Source: Emiliania huxleyi CCMP1516
Lineage: Eukaryota
Length of the DNA: 52,631 nucleotides
Direction of reading: 5' to 3'
Assembly: GCF_000372725.1 (NCBI RefSeq)
Contig: NW_005201392.1
Coordinates: 987,620 to 1,040,250, forward strand
The notes under the pieces were generated by a model. The model saw only the letters and a list, made by a program, of their open reading frames with translations, did no database searches and had not been told where the DNA came from. Each line of letters opens with the position of its first letter. Within the stretch, counting starts at the first letter, position 1. Shown here in pieces: positions 44,086 to 52,631 of the stretch. The translations under genes and the position numbers were made by a program.

Positions 44086-45014
44086 ATGCTCCTCGCAGTG
44101 CGCGCCTCGAAGCTCCCCCAGCGCGTGGGCATTGCTCGCGCAGTTCGCGTGCTCTCAACCAGCGCGCGCCCTGTTCCCGGTGTTGTTGGAGTAACCCCAA
44201 GCGGCGACATCACCTCGGAGGACGTCGTTGCGGCGCAGGCGGCGTGGTCCAACGCCATCACCGGCATCACCAAGGTGTACCAGGAGGGAGGCGACTTCGT
44301 CGCGGCCGCTGGGTACTGCGCGGGCGAGCTGTACGGCTATGGCCACTCCAACGTGCTCTTCAAGCCAACCAGGGCGACGAACAACCCGTTTCGCCCGACG
44401 GGCGAGGACGCGATGGCCTACTTTGTGGGCGCAGAGGCGATGAAGAACGACAAGTTCAAGGTGCGCGCCTCCCTCGCGTCGCTCCTGCGCCCTTCCCCTC
44501 TCTCTCACGCGCGCACCCCCCCCCCCCCCCCTTTTGCCACACAGGGCGAGGACGGTGGCTTCGCCATCAACGGCGGACAGGGCTGGTCCGAGGTGGTGTT
44601 CCGCAACCACCAGATCGATTGCAACGGCAACACGGCTATCGCTATGGGCGACTACCTGTTCACGAACGCGACCACTGGCGACAAGGGACGCGTCGAGTAC
44701 ACCTTCGGCTACAAGAAGAACGATGACGGCAAGATGCGGATTTTCCTGTGCGCGCCGCCCCTGCCCCAGCTTCTCGGCTGATCTCGGCTCCCGCCCCTGC
44801 TCCCGGCTTGTATCTGGACTGATCTCGGCTTATCTCAGCCTGCGGCGCTCCATGCAGGCACCACTCGTCTATGCCGTACGAGCCCACCGCGGCGGCATCC
44901 GCGACCGCGGAGCCAGTTGAGGAGGCTCTGTCGATGTGGGCCGAGTCGATCGCCAAGCAAGATGCTCTCCTTCGCGACGCACGCGTCCGCGTCAGCGGGA
45001 TGAGCAAGCCCTAG
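44086..45014 (+). CDS. Iota-class carbonic anhydrase (COG4337/LCIP63-like, NTF2-like fold); 3 exons
   Basis: Exons 44086-44460, 44545-44747 and 44858-45014 give VLFKPT, YFVG, EDGGFAI, AMGDYLF, VEYTFGY and RIFL-HHSSMPY. The diagnostic HHSS motif appears only after splicing. Confidence 0.85.
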
Positions 45015-45294
45015 ATAGGATATGCCTATGAGAGGCGCTAAGTAGTTAGTTGGTGGGCGCACATGCCCAGTCCAGCGGTGGAGTGGGGCGCTGTGACAAC
45101 ACCCCCAAGCGCACTGGGCCTCGCACTATTGTATTTTTCGTACAATTTAGATTTGAGAGGCACGAGGGTCGTGTCTCTCCAGATAGCGCAAGCGGGCGCG
45201 CGTACAAAAACAGTAACGGAGGGTCAAAAAGTCATAGCAGGTTTGCAGCCGCGCGCATATTTCTTCTCCGGGAGTACGGAGATCCCCGCTGCAA

Positions 45295-47003
45295 CTAGCC
45301 GCACGACTTGCCGAAGCGTCTCTCGCTCTCGACCTGCGCGTCCCAGGCCTCCTGCGTCAGCCCCCTCGGCCGCCGCGCCGGCCGCGCCCTGCCCCGGTCA
45401 GGCCGCCACACCCCTTCGGCCCAGCAGCGCTGCAGCTTTCTCCGATTGCAGTGCCGGTGTGCAGGGAGGGGCGGGAAGTTGGCGTGGGGCGAAAAGACCG
45501 TCTCGAGGACATCCTGTGCGTGCGCGCGCGCGCCGTCACAGCGTCAGCGCGCCCCATTCGCGTGGAGCAGAGAGCACCCGGGGCTTACGTTGCCTGCTCC
45601 CCCATCGTGTAGGGCATATAGTCGCCGTTGCGAGCCATGTCGGCCAGCGTGCGGAAGAGCAGGCGGTTCGGCTGCAGGTAGATCAAGTGCGAGTTGATCC
45701 CCAGCCGGTCGCGTTCTGCCACCTGCGCTCCTGGGCTCGGGGATTGTGCCGTGGCGCGGCCAGAGGGGGCGGTGGTGGGACGGCGGGGTGAGCCTCGTGC
45801 GAGGCGATGAAGTACTGGTTCGCCTTGTACTGTGCCTCCATCCATGGTCCGGGATCGGAAAACATGCAGACGTCCGAGTCGCTCACCTGGAGACGAGGGA
45901 AAGCGAAGTCCGCGCCCGCCCCAAAAGGCTCTCTCTGTGCGTCTTGGGCGCACCATGACCGCATCGAACTGCGTGAAGTTGAAGGCCAGTAGCTTCATGC
46001 TCGTGCACCTGCCGTCCAGCGGGGTGCATGTACACGCGGCGCCGCGTGCGCCGTGCCGGCGACGCGTGAGGCGTCTGCGCAGGGCGCCGCGCACGTGTGA
46101 TCCTGCCGCCATGTCTGCACGCGCCCGTTTCGCGGCCACAGGTGCGAGTCCGACGGCGCCTGCGAGCGACGCGAGCTTCCACGGGTGCGCCTCCGGGCCA
46201 GCGGCGGACACCGTGCCCGTGTGTGCGGGGCCGGGCGCGAGGTTGCAAACAAACGCGCCAGGATCGGCTTCATCGCAAACTCGGAAAAGTTGAGGTGCGA
46301 GGCGTCAAAGTGCTCAAACCCACCCTCGGCTGCCATGCGCGCCGCCATACGTGTCGGGTAGCCGTACGTGACCAGGATGCGCGGTACGGTGGAGCCAAAG
46401 TTCTCGAGCGAGTGGCCGACCTGCGGCCGGCGGTGCGGTGCGGTGGAGTGGTGGGGGCTTGGCGGGGAGGCGCGACGAGGGCGGGAGAGGAGGGTCGGGG
46501 AGCGAGTCCTCGGATGCCGCAACAATCACGTCGTGGGGTTCGATGCCAAAGATGGGTCGGACGCGCCCTCCCCCGTTACAGGCAAAGACGATGAAGGCCA
46601 GCCGCGGCGGCCGCGACGCCTCGCCGAGCGCGCTGCGGTTTGGCGGCGGCACCGGCGGCACCGGGGGTGTGGGCACAGGCAGCAGACTCGCCGCGGCGAC
46701 GCCTCGGCCGCGAACCTGCCTCGTGTAGTAGAGGGCGCCGGCGTGCGAGGTGTAAAGCGTCGAGGTGCGGCACTGGTGGAACCACTTGCACACGCCCTGG
46801 CTTGCATTGTGCCGGCCGGGCCGGTACGAGATGTAACCGCAGCGGGTGCAGGCCCTGCAGCTCTCCACGCACCCCGCGATGGACGCGGAGGCGGAGGGGT
46901 CGGTCCAGGTCCCTCGAAAATCGAGCTCGCAGTTTCCCGCCGAGGCCTCTGAGTACTCGCAGACGCCGCGCCGCACCGCCGCATGGCCGGCCTCGCGGGG
47001 CAT
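45295..47003 (-). CDS. GT8-like glycosyltransferase with an N-terminal Cys-rich (PAN-like) module; multi-exon, 5' end uncertain
   Basis: KLLAFNFTQFDAVM, VSDSD (DxD), INSHLIYLQPN and GEQ-DVLE in successive exons; upstream CVESCRACTRCGYISY...CKWFHQC. Confidence 0.6.
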
Positions 47004-47990
47004 TGTCCAAACTAAGTTGGGGATGCGTCCCCCAAACTCCGAATTCGGCCGCCGAAAGGTGTGCCGTGAAATTTCTATTCACATCTGAGAATGGCGTCGC
47101 TAGCTGGAACGGGCTCGGTCGGGGAGCGGACGCTCTTTCTCGGCGGCGGCCGCAGCCATTGCCGCAGCCGTGAATCATCGAACGTTGCTGCAAGGCGAAC
47201 GACAATTCTTATACTCTAGGTAGGTACCGGTAGGTAGTAAGGTGAAGAACAGCCAGGCTCGGACTGGACACCAACGCGGTATGGGTGGACGCTAGACAGA
47301 TGATGACGACACGCACGAGCGACACACAGACACAAACAAGCTCACAAGACACACAGCCAGCGGGCTGCCACACACCCTGAGTCGGCGTACACATAACTCA
47401 GGGCCACATCCTCCCTGTCGCCCCCCCAGCACTCCACGGTGCCAAGGGAACACACAAGGGCACAACAAACAACAGACGAAAGGAAGTAACGTGCTAGGCT
47501 AGAGCAGACCGCTCCGCCTCTAGCAATCTCGCCGGCCGGCGAGGCACGGACGAGACCGTGTGTGGGGTCTAAGTGAGGTGTCTATGGACGCTCTCCTCAC
47601 AGGCTAGCTGCCTGCGGCTAGCCCTATCTCGCTATCACAGGCGATGACAACCCAATGTATGAGTGTATGCAAGCTGAGGCGCGTGTGCTAAATCTAGGCC
47701 GCACGTCGTGGCATTCTCTCTTCTCGAAGAGATTCTCCTGAAAAAGAAACTCAATCTGCGAGCTGCAGCTGCCTGTGGTCCCAAAAGGCCAGATATCGCA
47801 TCGGTGTTCCTCACCGACACGCGCCTCTCGCCGCGCATTGCCCTGCACCCGAGCCCCCTCCCCACGACTCCCCTCCCCACAACTCCCTCCACGCGGCGCG
47901 CGCCCCACGGTGCACCCCTCGCCCCGCTCTGACGGGCTCCGCGCGCTGACGCGCCTAGCGCTGCGCGCAGAACACAAAGAGACGTAAGCC

Positions 47991-49505
47991 ATGCCCAACC
48001 TCCGCTGCGAGCGCTTCGGCCCCTTCGACGTTGAGGAGCTCAAGGAGGAGCTCGAGAACCTCGAGTTCGAGTACATGATGGACCTGGCGCCGTCGCGGCC
48101 GCCGACTGTCGTTCGGCTGTGCGAGTGCAAGGACGAGGACTATGAGGGCTACCACGTGCGCGTGTTCGTGGGCGACTACGAGTACTGCGTGGAGGAGGGC
48201 AACGAGGCCGAGGAGGTCAAGGCGATGCTCGAGACCATGTCGTACGAGACGTACGCCGAGCAGGACCTGGACGGCGTGCCGCGCTTCCACAACTGGTACA
48301 TGGCGCTGCCGGGCAAGTCCCCGTACGACAAGACGTACATCGAGGAGTGCAAGAAGCGCGCCGACGCCTTCTTCAAGGAGAAGGAGGAGCGCAAGAAGAA
48401 GGAGGACGAGGAGGCCGCCGCGCGCGCGGCCGAGGCGGCGTCGGCCGCAAAGCCATGGACCGACACGCCTGAGGCGGAGCGCAACGTCGCCATCCTCTTC
48501 CCGGGCCAGGGCACGCAGAAGGTGGGCATGGCGGCGAAGCTGCTGGAGAACAAGACCGCGGCCGCCATGTTCGAGATGGCCTCAAAGGTTCTCGGCTACG
48601 ACCTGGTCGGGCTCTGCGCGCAGGGGCCGCAGGAGAAGCTCGACAGCACGCTCTACTCGCAGCCCGCCATCTTTGTCTGCTCGCTGGCGGCGATGGAGAA
48701 GGCGAAGAAGGAGGCGCCAGAGATGCTCAAGAAGGTCAAGGTGGCCGCGGGCTTCTCGCTCGGCGAGTACTCCGCCCTCGTCTTCGCCGGCGCGCTCACC
48801 TTCGAGCAGGGGCTGAAGCTCGTCAAGGCGCGCGCAGAGGCGATGGACGCGGCTGCCAACGACCCGAAGAACAAGGGCGCGATGGCGTCCGTCTCGGGCG
48901 CGTCGGACGCGGTGCTGCAGGACGCGCTCGACAAGGCCGCCGCCGCGGTCGGCGGCGGCAAGAAGGCGTACATTGCCAACTACATGTTCCCGGAGGGGGG
49001 AACCTGTTTTGGGGACCCAAAGGTTCCTTCCCCCCCCCCCTTTTTCCCCCCTGGTTGGGCCGCGCCCTCGGCGGGCCCCGCGCGCGCCGCGGGCGCTTGA
49101 CCCCCCCCCCCCCCCCCCCAGGTCCTCGAGAAGCTTTGCGAGATCGTCGTCCCGATGGGCGCCAAGAATGCAAAGATGCTTGCCGTCTCTGGCGCCTTCC
49201 ACACGCCCTACATGCAGCCCGCCGCCGATGCGCTGGGCAAGGCGCTCGACGAGGCGCCGATCCAGATGCCGTCCATCAAGGTTTACTCCAACGTGACTGG
49301 CAAGCCCTACGCCTCGGTCGACGAGATCCGCGGCCTGCTCAAGCGGCAGCTCTGCGAGCCAGTCAAGTGGGAGCAGGGCACAAAGGACCTCGTCACGCTC
49401 GGCTGCACCTCGTACGTTGAGCCGGGCCCGGGCAAGCAGCTCAAGGCCATGATGCGCCGCATCGACAACGACGCCTGGAGCAAGACCACCACGCTCGAGG
49501 CGTGA
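47991..49505 (+). CDS. fabD: Malonyl-CoA:ACP transacylase (FabD/MCAT) with an extra acidic N-terminal domain; 2 exons
   Basis: LFPGQGTQ, SQPAIF, AGFSLGEYSAL, AVSGAFHT, V.W and EPGPGKQL; intron 49023-49121. Confidence 0.9.
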
Positions 49506-52278
49506 GAGAGGTCGCTTGTGCACGCACACCCTCCTCGGCGGCGATCTGTGCATCTGCACTTTTGCTTCAGAGGCCTTTTGCTTCTGGCGGGGCGCGGTAT
49601 CACACGTGTTAGTTTACAGTTATGTGCAGTCTGAAACTGCAAACTCGAAACGCGAGCGAAACCAACGGAAAGCACAAAGCAGCTCGCGCGGGGGCGCACG
49701 CTGCCGACCGGCCACCGCGCACCGCGCGCGCTGGGACCTGTGGAGTTATAGCCCGGTCGAACACTGCCCAAACAAATAAATTCCCCCTTTGAGCTGAGAG
49801 GTTTTGGGATTTCGCTCCGAGCGACGGTCCAACGAGAATCGTCAAAATCAGGCAACAAGAGACCGAGGCCACTTCTTCAGGCTGGGAACCGAGGGGTGGC
49901 CACCCTCCTCGTCGAGGTGTGCGCCAAACCACTTCGGCGGCGCGCGCTCCCCTGTGCGTCTGTGTCACCCTCCAGGCCCTCACGCCCCCCCGGCATGTCC
50001 ACCGGCAAGGAGGCTTCCGTGCCGAGTGACGCGGCGGCCACGGACAGACTCAACGGCAGCGTCGGCGCCGCTGCCAAGCGGCCGCGCGACAGCGAGGGTA
50101 GTCACCACTTGAGGTGGGACGGTCGAGGCACACGACGGAGCCATCGCGAGCGGCCTTCTACACCGCCCGCCGCCGGCGCAGGCGCGGAGCGCTACGGCGG
50201 ACCTGCTTCAAACCCCAAGGCGGAGGCGCTGAGCGAGAATCTGGGCTGCGCGCACGCGCATGGCTGCTGCGAGAGCTCGGAGGCGGAGCTTGCTCGAGAG
50301 CTGCTCGAGCTCATCACTGCGCCCGACGCTGACGTTGGTGGCGCGATCAAGCTCTTATTTTCTCAGCCTCGCACCTCTTCTTCCCGTCGCACGCGGGCTG
50401 TCGCATGGCACTTGGAATATGACTCGGGCGAGGATGCGTCAGCACGAGTACTATTTCATCGTGCAGCGCAGGCTGGCTCGCCACTACTGTTGGCTGGAGC
50501 TCCTCTCCCGCCCGACGTCGGTGATGGCGCATGACACGCGATCACTGTACGCATCGGCTTCCTGTGTGTGTCTCCCCCCTCCCCGCCGCAGAGCCGCTGC
50601 TGGGTGTCGGCCGCGCATCTCCTCACGTCCCGCGCCTGTCCTTTACGGCATTTGTGTGGCCCGTTTTCTGTGCATCGTTAGAAGCTGCGCAGGCCTCCCG
50701 TTACAATCGCCGCGCGCACACGACACGCGACAGCCGACACCTCGACAGGAGAGAGTTTGACGTTCTTCTCGTGAGACTTGACTTCAGACGATATGCGAGA
50801 CAGATATATCTCAGAGTGAGAGGACAGCCTGAGCCTCGGAGGAGAGACGCAGCTCGCAGGTACAGGCGTGACAGACAGTACACTCTCACACACGAGACAC
50901 ACTGATGGAAAGGGCGGAGCGGCGGCGGCGACGGCGGCAGCGGTGCGCGGGCGGAGCAGCGACTGCCCGGGCGGTCGCTGCTCCGTCGGTCCGTGCCGGA
51001 GCGCGCCATCTGCGCAGGGTCGCGCGTCAGGCCAGGGGGCAAGGCGCAAGCGTCCCCCTGGTGGCGGCGCAGGGAAACGCGGAGACGCGAGCGTTTCGCA
51101 CGCCGCGAAGCGGACGGTGACGGCGCGGTGGGTGACGGGGCTAGAGAGCAGCCAACACCCGACGCTCGCAAACGACGTCGGTGCTGGACGCCTGCGTAGG
51201 GGCCGCGGCAAGGCGGAGCTGGCTGAGGCACCAAGCGCCGGCGGGGAGCTCCCGGACTCATGTGTGCGAGCGCATGCCCTCCCACCTAATCACCGCTGCA
51301 TAGTATGGCTTCCGAGGCTGAACCGCTCCGCAACGGTTGGTAGCTCGACCTGCACATTGACAAAGTGCGTTTACCTGTCACTCGTCGACGTCGCGTGCGA
51401 GATCCAATATCGCCGATCGATAGCAATCTGAGAGGATAGGGATCCGTGTCAGCATGCCGTAGCCGAGGAGTGCCGCGCTTGGGGGTTGGGGCGCGCGCGC
51501 ATTGGCTTCACATTCGGTCTCAGCGCTCGGGCCGGCGCCGGGGGTCATGGGGCGACACTCGGTCACGCTCCGGCGCTTCGGGGGGGCTACAGCGGGCAGT
51601 GCGCGAAACCACTTCGCATGGCCACCCGCGACCCCACTTTGGACCGGCGAGCGCACTTGCTCGGTTCCCAGCCTGAAAATGTCACCTCAGACCGGTAGCG
51701 CCAGCATGTCGGTGCGTCTTTCTCATGCTCGCGCGCCCGCCGCGCCCGAACTATGCACGGGCCCGGCTCGCCCGCTTGGGGATCCACCCGGCACATCCCC
51801 GCCCCCCACCTGCCGGCTTTGCCTGCCGTCAGTTCACGCGGGATCGCCCTCAACTGTCAGCAACACAAATCCACCAGCCTGCCTTCAGCCTCGCCTCACA
51901 GCCGACCTTCTGGTCGTACGCGGGTTCTTAAGGGTCGTACATGCCGGCCATGACGTCTGCCAACCGGCCGTTCGCAGGCGGTAGCTTCGCACGCCCCCGA
52001 CAGCTCCGAGAATGACCCGCGCGAGAAGTGCGCGTCGGCGGCGCACTTTTCCTCCCAGGCTGTGACTGCTGCCCTGGCCACCCTGGCCTCCCTCGAGGGG
52101 TCGCCAGGACCCGCCGCGGCCCTGGCGCGGCCCACGGGCGGCTTGATGCTCATCGACGCCTTCACCCTCGTCGGCCTGGCCGGAAAATACGCCAGCCGCT
52201 CGGGTGCCGCCCGCCTCCTAGAGGCCGAACCACCAGTGCTGTGAGTATTGACGCCCTCCCTGCACCTCAGGCGCGTCC

Positions 52279-52375
52279 CTCGCCCTCGCCGCCGCCGCCG
52301 CCGAGCCCGCCGCCGCCCTCGCCGCCGCCGCCCTCGCCGCCGCCACCGTCGCCGCCACCGCCGAGCCCGCGCCGC
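52279..52375 (+). repeat. Ser-Pro4-coding (TCGCCGCCGCCGCCC-like) repeat tract, probably a gene relic
   Basis: Repeats are visible, but the frame breaks just downstream and the window ends. Confidence 0.6.
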
Positions 52376-52631
52376 CGTCGCCCCCTCTGCCGGCGCCTTC
52401 TCCGCCCTCGCCACCCCCACTGTCGCCTTGCCCCCACCAAGCCAACCACCGCCGTCGCCGCCGCCGCCCAGTCCGCCTCCGCGTCACCGCTGCCTCCCTC
52501 GCCGCCGCCCCCAATCCCGCACACGGCCGCTGCCGCCGAGCCCGCCGCCGCCATCACAACCGCCTCCGAGACCCGCCGCCACCAAGCGCCCTGACCCCTA
52601 AGTTACGTCGATGACTCCTCCCGCGCAACCC

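Noticed and set aside
48990..49121. Odd residues (GGTCFGDP) and poly-C/poly-T runs suggesting fabD pseudogenisation
   Set aside because: The frame stays intact after splicing; homopolymer-rich low-quality sequence near the intron is the likelier cause, as at 8160-8270.
49896..50534. 212-aa ORF downstream of fabD
   Set aside because: No recognisable motif or supported exon structure; it may be a fragment but cannot be called.

Overview
GC-rich eukaryotic genomic DNA. Frequent GC-AG introns, 10-11 bp intronic microsatellites and Ser-Pro(n)-coding repeats suggest a haptophyte resembling Emiliania/Gephyrocapsa huxleyi; this assignment is inferred. About 13 mostly spliced genes can be supported: an alpha/beta-hydrolase, SERP1/RAMP4, a sulfotransferase-like ORF, two coiled-coil proteins, an LRR protein, a kinesin-4-like motor, mitochondrial ribosomal protein L34, an iota-class carbonic anhydrase, a GT8-like glycosyltransferase, a malonyl-CoA:ACP transacylase with an extra N-terminal domain, and two large proteins of unusual architecture. 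The first is a ~2500-aa NLR-like protein: active CHAT caspase-like protease, STAND NTPase, TPR, catalytically dead CHAT, second STAND NTPase. The second is a single-pass receptor-like protein: VWA, extensin-like stalk with Cys-rich modules, TM helix, seven WD40 repeats, RING-H2. Non-coding features include an 834-bp foldback element made of palindromic units, a Harbinger-like MITE, a hAT-like MITE, introns flanked by duplicated exon sequence, an apparently inverted segment in a gene relic, and one assembly gap. All domain calls come from reading motifs by eye, not from database searches.
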